From an uncultured Dehalococcoidales bacterium (GTDB taxonomy: Bacteria > Chloroflexota > Dehalococcoidia > Dehalococcoidales > DAOVUZ01): 46,309 nt of DNA. This document shows positions 34,601 to 43,458 of the stretch, one piece after another; position 1 is the first letter of the stretch, and every line of letters begins with the position of its first letter. The notes beneath the pieces were generated by a model. It ran no database searches. It worked only from the letters and a program-made list of their open reading frames with translations, and was not told the origin of the DNA. Position numbers and translations under genes: made by a program. The stretch covers positions 1 through 46,309 of the forward strand of contig CAZTRJ010000004.1 of the NCBI GenBank assembly GCA_964616615.1, in the 5' to 3' direction.

Positions 34601-34885
34601 CTACTTCTGGGCTAGCTCTACTATAGTAACCCCGGCACCTCCCTCCCCGTAGCCAGCCAGTCGGTATGATTCTACCAGCGGGTGGTCAGCGAGCTGTTCC
34701 GTGACTACTCGGCGCAGGGTTCCTGTCCCCTTACCGTGAACTACCCTAACCTGGTATAACCCAGCCATAAAGGCATCATTCAGGTATTGGTTAAGCTTTA
34801 GTAGTGCTTCATCTACGGTAAGCCGGCGGAGGTGTACCTCATCTACTGCTGATTTGGCACTGGCATGATATTTATTCTTATCCAT
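34601..34885 (-). CDS. Smr-domain protein
   Basis: VDEVHLRRLTVDEALLKLNQYLNDAFMAGLYQVRVVHGKGTGTLRRVV. Confidence 0.8.
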   Translation of the reverse strand: MDKNKYHASAKSAVDEVHLRRLTVDEALLKLNQYLNDAFMAGLYQVRVVHGKGTGTLRRVVTEQLADHPLVESYRLAGYGEGGAGVTIVELAQK

Positions 34886-35047
34886 AATAGCTTATACTCC
34901 CTTATGATTTTAGCACTATAAATCAAGATAAGACAAACGCCCATCAGCAGGTCGTTTATTAAGGACAGTTTGAAGTGGTGAATCTTCTTCAAAAACCATT
35001 TCATGATTTTTGCCCCTGACTACTGGAAGCGATAACGGTCTCATATA

Positions 35048-35076
35048 TTGACATTGGCCATTTGGCGAACTATGCT
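35048..35076 (+). promoter_or_regulatory. Sigma70-type promoter candidate: TTGACA-17-TATGCT
   Basis: TTGACA at 35048-35053 and TATGCT at 35071-35076. Confidence 0.3.
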
Positions 35077-35255
35077 ATAATTATGTTTAATAATGTGAAA
35101 GGGGTAAGGTCTTTATGACCACTCGCTATTCTAATAATGGCATTAATATTTTTACTAAATTTTCACACCTTTTTAATGCCACTTTCACATCTCTATGCTA
35201 ACTTGATAGTAGAAGGGATGATTTGAGTCTTTTTAATCCTCCCTGGGAGGGAATT

Positions 35256-35642
35256 ATGAAATACAACATCCTGGTTATCGAAGAAAGCAACCATGCTTTG
35301 AGAGGCAGGATTGCTTCCGCTTTGACCAGAGAAGGCTTCAGTGTAGCCACAGCGTCAAGCTCTCAGGAGATAGTATCGGCGCCGGATAAATTCAAATCCC
35401 AGCTAATTATCCTGGGGGAAGGGCTGCCCATAGATAGCTTTGAAGCCTGTTCTCAGCTTCGCCAAGCGGTTGATGCTCCCATCTTAATGGTAGGTGCCGT
35501 CCCCAGTGATAAGGCTTGGAACAGGATAGTAGAGGCCGGAGCCGATTTCTATCTGGAAAAGCCCTTCGGCTATCTGGAACTGGCAGCCAGAGTTAGAGCT
35601 CTACTCCGCCGCTACGAATGGAGCGCTAGCCAGAAAGCATAA
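35256..35642 (+). CDS. Atypical stand-alone receiver-like protein lacking the phospho-acceptor Asp
   Basis: MKYNILVIEES...QLIILGEGLP (Gly where the phosphorylated Asp aligns)...FYLEKPF. ATG follows GGGAGGG. Confidence 0.65.
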   Translation: MKYNILVIEESNHALRGRIASALTREGFSVATASSSQEIVSAPDKFKSQLIILGEGLPIDSFEACSQLRQAVDAPILMVGAVPSDKAWNRIVEAGADFYLEKPFGYLELAARVRALLRRYEWSASQKA

Positions 35643-35658
35643 GGGAAAAGTCGGCTAG

Positions 35659-35850
35659 TTTGGATATGGGCAATACATTTACTGCCTCGCCCTGAGTTTA
35701 GGATATATTCTAATGACCAGGATAGGACTCACCGGTGTAGGGGTAGGCTGGATAGTGGCTCAGACCATGGTGGCTATTACAGTTGTCCTGCTCTTATCCC
35801 ACAGGCACCATCGCTCAGCCTTAACAATAATGGAGCAGCATCCAGGATAG
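35659..35850 (+). pseudogene. C-terminal relic of a Wzx/MATE-like polysaccharide flippase
   Basis: Open frame FGYGQYIYCLALSLGYILMTRIGLTGVGVGWIVAQTMVAITVVLLLS...* with no upstream body. Confidence 0.4.
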
Positions 35851-35893
35851 CTATACTACTCATGCACGCCTCACCTAAAGCTCTTTCGTCTGC

Positions 35894-36589
35894 TTACTTA
35901 GTATTTACGAAATAATAGCCCACACCGGGTTTGGTGAGGATATATTTTGGCTTTTTCGGGTCAGGTTCAAGCTTCTTCCTCAGGCGGGCTATGAAGACAT
36001 GTACATAATGCGCCTCACGGTTATACTCAGGACCCCATACCTCTTGGAGGAGCATAGTGTTGGTGAGTACCTTACCAGCATTGAGCACCAGTTGCTCCAG
36101 CAGGGAAAACTCAATTGGGGTGAGTCTTATCTCGTTACTACCCATGGTAACACGCCAGCGGGCAAAGTTAACCTCCAGGTCTCCGCTGGTAAAAGTAGGT
36201 GATGACACGACAACTTCCGGTTTGGCACGGCGAAGAAGCACTCTCACCCGCGCTAACAGCTCATCGATACTGAAGGGCTTGGTGATATAATCATCGGCAC
36301 CCAGGTCAAGGCATTTAACCTTGTCAATCCCATCACCCTTGGTACTCAGCATTATAATTGGAACCCGAGACCAGTCTCGGATACGGCGACATACCTCCAC
36401 GCTATCAACCTTGGGTAGCATGGTATCTAGAATTACTAAATCAGGAAGCTCTCCCTCTGTTTTCCCCAGAGCTTCCTCGCCATCTATCGCTAATACGACT
36501 TGATAACCACTCGCTTTGAGGTTGGCACGGAGGAACCTCAGAACGGACAGGTCGCTATCAGCGACAAGTATGCGAAGACCACGTTTCAT
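35894..36589 (-). CDS. OmpR/PhoB-family response regulator (paralog of 33013-33702)
   Basis: REC plus winged helix: LTPIEFSLLEQLVLNAGKVLTNTMLLQEVWG...PGVGYYF. Confidence 0.9.
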   Translation of the reverse strand: MKRGLRILVADSDLSVLRFLRANLKASGYQVVLAIDGEEALGKTEGELPDLVILDTMLPKVDSVEVCRRIRDWSRVPIIMLSTKGDGIDKVKCLDLGADDYITKPFSIDELLARVRVLLRRAKPEVVVSSPTFTSGDLEVNFARWRVTMGSNEIRLTPIEFSLLEQLVLNAGKVLTNTMLLQEVWGPEYNREAHYVHVFIARLRKKLEPDPKKPKYILTKPGVGYYFVNTK

Positions 36590-36942
36590 ACTGTCACCCT
36601 CTCAGACTGCTCTTTACCCATATCTCATTGGTCACATTAAAAGTGGTGTAGAAAGCATCCCCGGTTAAATGCCACTCGTCTATATTATCGCAACAATTAT
36701 GCCAATTGTCAATTAGTTATGGAACACTTTTACCCCCTATTGCCAACTTTTTATGGAATATTTATATCTCTACATCCAATTTTTATGCCCTGTTTATGTC
36801 TCTCAAGCTAAACTAGAACGGCTAGTCTTATCGGCAGCACCAGTGAGGGCACACTCCAGGGAAATTGCCACCCTACTTGGTTACGACTACGGCTCTGAGG
36901 TCGTGCACCAACATAATTTAGTTATCGTTCAGGAGGAAGAAA

Positions 36943-37212
36943 ATGGGTACAGGAAAGCTCTATAGACTCGGTGATAACTAATTTGTAGCCAATGTTGACT
37001 ACCAGTTGTTCCACGACGAGGCAGCAGCAAATTGGTGGGGAGAACTCAGCCTCATAGATTATGTCCCCCTCGGTGATGATGACCGGTATATGATTGAATT
37101 GGAGGATAAGCGTAAAAGCAGATGCTATCTAAAAAAGAGGATTAACCGGGCAGTGAGTGGAGTTCCACCCTGCTACAAATATCACGTTACCGGCTTCAGC
37201 CCCTTTGCATAG
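36943..37212 (+). pseudogene. Small conserved-looking ORF interrupted by in-frame TAA (36979-36981)
   Basis: AGGAGGAAG, a 3-nt spacer and ATG 36943 give MGTGKLYRLGDN*FVANVDYQLFHDEAAANWWGELSLIDYVPLGDDDRYMIELEDKRKSRCYLKKRINRAVSGVPPCYKYHVTGFSPFA*. The ORF track only reports the TTG 37006 part. Confidence 0.5.
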
Positions 37213-37318
37213 TGACCAAAGTATGGTTTGGTGGTATTATAAAGTCAGGGGGATGAAGTAATGCTAATATTTGGCACGTGTCTTTATATCACCCAAAAAC
37301 GCCAGGATTTAAAGCTCT

Positions 37319-37840
37319 ATGATTCGCCAATGCCAGCCGGGTGATACCAGAAGGATGCATGCTATCATCAATGAGGCAGCCAGAGCCTATCAAGGTGTTA
37401 TACCGGCTGACTGCTATCATCAGCCCTACATGCCTATGGAAGAACTTAAGCGGGAAATGAAGCGGATGACCTTCTTCGGCTGGGAAGAAAACGGGGAGCT
37501 GGTGGGGGTAATGGGGTTTGAGCCGATTAAGGATGTTACCCTCATCCGTCACGCCTATGTATTACCCCGGTGGCAGAGACAAGAAATAGGCAGTAAACTC
37601 CTGGGTTACCTCAGGGGTCTGGTTATTACCTCTCGCCTGCTGGTGGGAACCTGGGCTGATGCTCGCTGGGCGATTGATTTTTACCAGAAGCACGGCTTCA
37701 GCCTCCTGCCCGATAAGGATGAGCTACTGAAAACCTACTGGGACATCCCCCGCCGCCAGATAGAAACCTCGGTGGTGCTGGGGATTAAAATAATGCTCAT
37801 TAACACCAATCTAATCACATCTGCCGAAGATACTCATTAA
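37319..37840 (+). CDS. GNAT-family N-acetyltransferase
   Basis: ELVGVMGFEPIKDVTLIRHAYVLPRWQRQEIGSKLL...FYQKHGF. Confidence 0.8.
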   Translation: MIRQCQPGDTRRMHAIINEAARAYQGVIPADCYHQPYMPMEELKREMKRMTFFGWEENGELVGVMGFEPIKDVTLIRHAYVLPRWQRQEIGSKLLGYLRGLVITSRLLVGTWADARWAIDFYQKHGFSLLPDKDELLKTYWDIPRRQIETSVVLGIKIMLINTNLITSAEDTH

Positions 37841-38492
37841 CAGCGTTACCTATCTCGGATATTAGTTCAAATATGCGACTCTTGTATGGACCAATGATAT
37901 CGGTAGCCCAAGTAAAGTCATAGCAATCATTCTTATATTCAAATTGCTTAAAGCATACCGCTTTCTCATTGCGCTTATTCTCTCCATATTCTAAGTGGTA
38001 GGTTGTTTCTAATAGTCTGCGGTGTTTGATTGTGTTCACAAATGCATTTATATAGCTAAATTCTGCTGAATTCAGAAGGTTATTAATAGCACATATGATT
38101 TTGTTAGCACCGTCCGTTTCCTTAAGTTGATTTATAACAGAAGATAAACATACATCACCTTCCTCAAAGTGGCCACATAAAACTACTTTATTAATAATTT
38201 GTGCCAGAATATCTGCCATCGAATGTAATGCTTGTGCTGCTGCCTCAACATGTGCCTCAGATGCCTTTTCTGTTCGAACCCATTTGTTTTTATGCGCTTG
38301 AGTCTGGGGAAGGAAAAGCTTGTCCAGCTTCTTTTGAAATTTGCGATATTCGACTGCATGGTATGTGATTCTCCATTGCTTCCAAACGAGAGCGTCCTGA
38401 TATATCTTAGAATCAGGTAACCCGTTAGCCACACACAAATTTCTTAATTCCTTAAAACTCCATATTTTTCGTGAGCTACCCATCTTTCTCAC
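37815..38492 (-). CDS. Orphan AT-rich ORF of unknown function
   Basis: 225 aa. GTG start follows AGGAG with a 6-nt spacer. Visibly lower GC than both neighbours. Overlaps the GNAT 3' end by 26 nt and the mtaB 3' end by 17 nt. Confidence 0.55.
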   Translation of the reverse strand: MRKMGSSRKIWSFKELRNLCVANGLPDSKIYQDALVWKQWRITYHAVEYRKFQKKLDKLFLPQTQAHKNKWVRTEKASEAHVEAAAQALHSMADILAQIINKVVLCGHFEEGDVCLSSVINQLKETDGANKIICAINNLLNSAEFSYINAFVNTIKHRRLLETTYHLEYGENKRNEKAVCFKQFEYKNDCYDFTWATDIIGPYKSRIFELISEIGNAVNEYLRQM

Positions 38493-39777
38493 CCATTTCT
38501 CCTACCATCTCCCCCCACACCCCATCACCATAAACCTCCACCAGCTTTAATGGCAGGAGCTGGTTGGTTAAATCCTCATCGCTTCTGGTATAGACCTTGA
38601 TATAGTTATCGGTGTGACCCGACCAGATGTCAGCAGACCGCTTCTCCCACAATACCGGCATAACTTTACCCAAAAATCGCTGGCTGAAGTTCCGGACGCT
38701 TTCTCGGGCTAAAGCCAGCATCATCTGACTTCGCTGCTTTTTCACCTGAGCCCTTATCTGCCGGGGAAGCCGAGCGGCTTCGGTTCCGTTTCGGGATGAA
38801 TAGGAGAAGACATGAATCCGGGCAAACTCCATCTGCCGACAAAATTTATAGCTTTCCTCAAACTCGGCTTCAGTCTCACCGGGAAAGCCGACAATAACAT
38901 CGGTGGTAATGGCTACCTCAGGCACTAGAGACCGAATTAAGGACACTGCCTCCTGATAGTCACTGATAGAATAGCACCGATTCATCCTGCCGAGCACCGC
39001 ATCATTGCCACTCTGCAAAGAAAGGTGAAAATGACGGCACAGTCGGCGGTCATGCCACAGCCGGATAAGCTCAGGGGAGATTTCCTGGGGTTGAAGAGAC
39101 GACAGCCTTAACCTGGTTACATCAGTCTCAGCCAGGATATACTCCAGCAACCCCTTTAGCTTAAGACCATTATCATTATACGAGCCAATCTTGACCCCGG
39201 TTAATACTACCTCTTTATAGCCATTATCAATGCGGTGCCTGACCTCAGCCACAACCTGCTCAGCAGGCAGGCTTCTCTCTCTGCGCCGCACCAGGGGCAC
39301 AATGCAGTAGGCACAAAAGCTGTTACAACCATCCTGAACCTTGATGAAAGCACGGGTTCTGAAACCATCATAATGGCTGCTCGTGGAATCACCCTGACTA
39401 CAGACTGGATTAGTTATGCCACCAGACTCCTCCAGCATCCGCAGTAGATATGGTTTGTTATCATTGCCCACAACAAGACCAACCCCCTCAATCTGAGCCA
39501 GCTCCCGGGGTGCTCGCTCAGCATAGCAACCGGTGGCAATAAGCAGGGCATCAGGATTCCGCATGTGTGCCAGCCTGAGTCGGTGACGAGACTTGCTATC
39601 GGCGATATGGGTAACGGTGCAGGTATTCAGGATATAGACATCAGCCTCATCAGTCGGAGATACCAGATGATACCCGGCTTCAGCCAGCTGTTTAGCTAGA
39701 AGCTCAGTCTCAGCTTGATTGAGTTTACAGCCTATAGTGTCCAAGGCAACCCTGGTGCTTCCCGACCCTTTATTCAC
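38476..39777 (-). CDS. mtaB: tRNA t6A37 methylthiotransferase MtaB (radical SAM MiaB family)
   Basis: VALDTIGCKLNQAETE (UPF0004 domain), radical SAM CNSFCAYC, C-terminal TRAM-like region. Confidence 0.8.
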   Translation of the reverse strand: MNKGSGSTRVALDTIGCKLNQAETELLAKQLAEAGYHLVSPTDEADVYILNTCTVTHIADSKSRHRLRLAHMRNPDALLIATGCYAERAPRELAQIEGVGLVVGNDNKPYLLRMLEESGGITNPVCSQGDSTSSHYDGFRTRAFIKVQDGCNSFCAYCIVPLVRRRERSLPAEQVVAEVRHRIDNGYKEVVLTGVKIGSYNDNGLKLKGLLEYILAETDVTRLRLSSLQPQEISPELIRLWHDRRLCRHFHLSLQSGNDAVLGRMNRCYSISDYQEAVSLIRSLVPEVAITTDVIVGFPGETEAEFEESYKFCRQMEFARIHVFSYSSRNGTEAARLPRQIRAQVKKQRSQMMLALARESVRNFSQRFLGKVMPVLWEKRSADIWSGHTDNYIKVYTRSDEDLTNQLLPLKLVEVYGDGVWGEMVGEMGEKDG

Positions 39778-39884
39778 CCCGCCAACCTTAATCTAAAATT
39801 GACTATCCAACCACACAGGCATTATAATATCCATATTCTCAGACGGTCAAACGGAAGCCATCTTCAAGCATGGGGTAAAGGGGA

Positions 39885-41147
39885 ATGAGTTTGATAAGCA
39901 GTCCCAATAACAGAGTCGTGGTTACCGGGACAGGTATCCTGTGCCCACTCGGTCTGAATACCTCCGACACCTGGGAGAGTCTTGTCGCCGGTAAGTCTGG
40001 TATTGACCACATCACCCTGTTTGACCCTGAGCCCTATGAGACCAAAATTGCTGGTGAAATAAAAGGATTTCAGCCCACCGACTATATCAGCCGCAAGGAT
40101 GTTCGTCACATGGACCGTTTTACTCAAATGGCAATAGCTGCCAGCTGGCAGGCAGTGGAGCAATCAGGAATCGAAATTAACTCCATGAATGAGGATAATA
40201 TCGGCGTCATAGTGGGCAGTGGGATTGGCGGTCTAAGCACACTATTTGAACAAACCAAGCTACTATTAGAAAAGGGACCAAACCGAGTGAGCCCATTCCT
40301 GGTCCCAATGATGATAACCGATATGGCGGCGGCTCAGGTATCCATCACCCTGGGAGTAAAAGGACCGAATCTATGCACTACCTCAGCCTGCTCCAGCGGT
40401 TCAGATGCTATTGGAGTTGCTTATGAACTCATCAGGCGAGGTGATACCCAGGCGGTGCTAGCCGGTGGCAGTGAGGCAATAATTAACCCCCTAGGTATTA
40501 CCGCTTTCAATGCCCTCAAAGCTATCTCAACCCGAAACGATGAGCCGCAGCTAGCCTCCCGCCCCTTTGATACCGAACGTGACGGATTTGTCATTGGTGA
40601 AGGAGCTGGGATTCTTATCCTGGAAAATCTGGCTCACGCCCAACGGCGTGGGGCTCAAATCCTGGCTGAGATTATGGCTTATGGAGCCACTGCTGACGCC
40701 TACCATATTACCCAGCCGGATGGAGCCGGGGCTGGTGCCGCCAGGGCAATACAGACAGCACTTAATAACGCCGGATTGGCTACCACCGAGATTGATTATA
40801 TCAACGCTCATGGTACATCCACACAATTAAATGACAAAATGGAGACCATGGCGATAAAGAGTGCATTCGGTGACTACGCTTACCACATTCCAATAAGCTC
40901 GACCAAGTCAATGATGGGGCACCTCATTGGTGCTGCCGGTGCCGTTGAGGCAGCAATATGTGTTTTGGTTATCCAGCACGGGCTTATACCACCGACAATA
41001 AACCTTACCCACCCAGACCCTGAATGTGATTTAGACTATGTGCCTAATGTAGCCCGTCAAGCCAAGGTTACTACCGCTCTGTCCACTTCCTTTGGCTTTG
41101 GTGGTCATAATTCAGCTCTGGTCTTCCGACAATATACTGAGGCATAA
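39885..41147 (+). CDS. fabF: Beta-ketoacyl-ACP synthase II
   Basis: RVVVTGTGILCPLG, active-site TACSSGSDAIG, INAHGTST and SSTKSMMGHLIGAAGAVEA. Confidence 0.9.
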   Translation: MSLISSPNNRVVVTGTGILCPLGLNTSDTWESLVAGKSGIDHITLFDPEPYETKIAGEIKGFQPTDYISRKDVRHMDRFTQMAIAASWQAVEQSGIEINSMNEDNIGVIVGSGIGGLSTLFEQTKLLLEKGPNRVSPFLVPMMITDMAAAQVSITLGVKGPNLCTTSACSSGSDAIGVAYELIRRGDTQAVLAGGSEAIINPLGITAFNALKAISTRNDEPQLASRPFDTERDGFVIGEGAGILILENLAHAQRRGAQILAEIMAYGATADAYHITQPDGAGAGAARAIQTALNNAGLATTEIDYINAHGTSTQLNDKMETMAIKSAFGDYAYHIPISSTKSMMGHLIGAAGAVEAAICVLVIQHGLIPPTINLTHPDPECDLDYVPNVARQAKVTTALSTSFGFGGHNSALVFRQYTEA

Positions 41148-41149
41148 GC

Positions 41150-42832
41150 TTGAACCATAGTCGCTGGAACCTTCTGCCCTCCGCTCCAGATAAGTATCTG
41201 GCTAACACCTCGGGTTTCCCCCCTCTAATAGCTCAACTCCTGTATAATCGTGGTCTGGCTGAGCCATCTCAATTAGAACTATTCGTTACTGCTGATAAAC
41301 GACTGTCAGGTAACCCACTCCTGTTGCCTGATATACACCAGGCAGTAGCCAGAATTTACCGTGCCTTACTTACCGGGGAAAACATTGCTATTTATGGCGA
41401 CTTTGATGTTGATGGTATCACTGCTACCGCCATCCTCGTCCGGGGGCTATCAGCGCTGGGGGGTAAAGCCATTCCCTACATACCACATCGTCTGACCGAA
41501 GGCTATGGAGTCAAAACAGCCGCTTTAGAGAACCTCTATCAACAAGGCATCAGCCTGGTTATTACTGTTGATTGCGGAATTACCGCTCTATCCCAGGTTA
41601 AGAAGGCAAAAAGGATGGGGCTTGATATAATCATTACCGACCACCATACCCCTCCCGCAGAAATTCCGCCAGCCATTGCCATTGTTAATCCCAAGCTGCC
41701 CGACTCAAACTACCCATTCCCAGAGCTGGCTGGCGTCGGGGTAGCCCTCAAGCTGCTTCAGGCTCTGTTCCAAGGTATCGGCAAAGAGGAGCAACTGGAC
41801 GAACTAACAGACCTGGTAGCCCTGGGGACTGTAGCCGATATGGTGCCCCTGCTGGGAGAAAATAGATACCTGGTTAAGCAAGGACTGAAGCTAATTAATG
41901 CCAATCCCCGCCTTGGAGTCAGCGAAATACTAACCCAGGCGGGACTGTCCATCGGCAGCCTTGACACCGAAGGCATCTCTTGGGTTATAGCCCCGCGGTT
42001 AAATGCTGCTGGCAGATTGGAACATGCCATGACCAGCTATGAATTGCTGATGACAGAATCGCCACAGGAAGCACATACCCTGACTATGTGGCTAGAAGAG
42101 AAAAATGCTGAACGGCAAAGACTAACTGATAGAGTGCTAGCTAAAGCCAGAGAGCAGGTATTAGCCCAGGGGATTTCACCACTGCTAATAGCCAGCGATA
42201 GCGACTATCCCGCTGGCATCACCGGGCTGGTAGCCGGTAAGTTATCAGGCGAATTTTACCGCCCGGCTATTGTTATCAGAACCGGTGAACTGGTAAGTAG
42301 TGGTAGCTGCCGTAGCATCCCTGAGTTTGATATTATCCTCGCCCTGAATCAGTGTCGCCACCTGCTATCCCACTTTGGTGGTCACCCCCGGGCAGCCGGT
42401 TTTACCCTGCCAACCAGGAACCTGGCTCGCTTACGACAAGAGCTGTTACCGCTTGCCGCCACCCAACTAGCCGGGGTTGACCTTCGCCCTCACCTTGATA
42501 TTGATGCTGAGGTTACCCTGACTGACCTCACCGGGGACACCTTTCCCACAATCCAACAGCTAGCTCCCTTTGGTCAAGGTAATCCACCGCCCACCTTCCT
42601 CAGCCGCCGGGTAGAGGTTATTGACTGCCGCACCACAGGCGGTAATGGAATGCACTTGAAAATTAAACTGAAGCAGGGCGGGGCGGTATGGGACGGGGTT
42701 GGTTTCGGAATGGGTAACTACCTGTCTGAGGCATCATCGCCCCTGGACATTGTCTATAACCTGGGAATAGACCGCTGGGGTGGGGAGGAGAGACTGCGGC
42801 TCAATATCCTTGACCTTACCCCCAGTAAATAG
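41150..42832 (+). CDS. recJ: Single-stranded-DNA-specific exonuclease RecJ
   Basis: DHH motifs IYGDFDVDGITA, VDCGI and IIITDHH, plus the DHHA1 region. Confidence 0.9.
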   Translation: MNHSRWNLLPSAPDKYLANTSGFPPLIAQLLYNRGLAEPSQLELFVTADKRLSGNPLLLPDIHQAVARIYRALLTGENIAIYGDFDVDGITATAILVRGLSALGGKAIPYIPHRLTEGYGVKTAALENLYQQGISLVITVDCGITALSQVKKAKRMGLDIIITDHHTPPAEIPPAIAIVNPKLPDSNYPFPELAGVGVALKLLQALFQGIGKEEQLDELTDLVALGTVADMVPLLGENRYLVKQGLKLINANPRLGVSEILTQAGLSIGSLDTEGISWVIAPRLNAAGRLEHAMTSYELLMTESPQEAHTLTMWLEEKNAERQRLTDRVLAKAREQVLAQGISPLLIASDSDYPAGITGLVAGKLSGEFYRPAIVIRTGELVSSGSCRSIPEFDIILALNQCRHLLSHFGGHPRAAGFTLPTRNLARLRQELLPLAATQLAGVDLRPHLDIDAEVTLTDLTGDTFPTIQQLAPFGQGNPPPTFLSRRVEVIDCRTTGGNGMHLKIKLKQGGAVWDGVGFGMGNYLSEASSPLDIVYNLGIDRWGGEERLRLNILDLTPSK

Positions 42833-42930
42833 GAGGGCCATCCTGGCAATAGCACAGTATTACAATTAACTGCTCACTTTTATTCAGAGTGGTGCTATAC
42901 TGAGTAGAGCTATTGCGAGGAGGCCCTTCT

Positions 42931-43440
42931 ATGACAACAGGCAAGCTTACCAACTACGGGACACCAATTATTATTCTCCTGATAGTAATTATTACTGTCG
43001 GCGGCACAGTAGCCTGGGCAAGATATAGCCCAGACCAACCTATAGAGATTTCCATACCGTCCACGCCGGAGCTACCAGGCGAGATTTATATCGGGGGCGC
43101 TATCACTAATCCCGGCTTCTATCCATTAAAAACCGGGGACAGCCTAGAAGCTCTTATTCAAGCTGGTGGCGGAATTACCAGCAGTGCCGACCCCAGTCGG
43201 CTGGAACTCTATATTCCCCAAGCAGGAGAGGAAGAGCAACCACAACAAATCAACCTTAATCGGGCAGAAGCCTGGCTACTTGAGGCTCTGCCTGGAATTG
43301 GGGAAACTAGGGCTCAAGCTATCATAGACTACCGTGAGCAAAATGGGCTATTTAGCAACATTAATGAGCTAACCAAGGTAACAGGTATAGGAACTACCAC
43401 CTACGAGGAGATTAAGCACCTGATTACTGTCGCCGACTAA
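42931..43440 (+). CDS. comEA: ComEA-type DNA receptor (N-terminal anchor, SLBB-like region, helix-hairpin-helix)
   Basis: INLNRAEAWLLEALPGIGETRAQAIIDYREQNGLFSNINELTKVTGIG. ATG follows GAGGAGG. Confidence 0.8.
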   Translation: MTTGKLTNYGTPIIILLIVIITVGGTVAWARYSPDQPIEISIPSTPELPGEIYIGGAITNPGFYPLKTGDSLEALIQAGGGITSSADPSRLELYIPQAGEEEQPQQINLNRAEAWLLEALPGIGETRAQAIIDYREQNGLFSNINELTKVTGIGTTTYEEIKHLITVAD

Positions 43441-43458
43441 TATTCAGGACGGAGGCTC

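Noticed and set aside
35115-35201. 28-codon ORF (MTTRYSNNGINIFTKFSHLFNATFTSLC*) as a leader peptide for the pseudo-receiver gene
   Set aside because: It has only a weak SD (AAGG) and an AT-rich sequence where short ORFs arise by chance. The TTTCACA repeats inside it are the more parsimonious signal.
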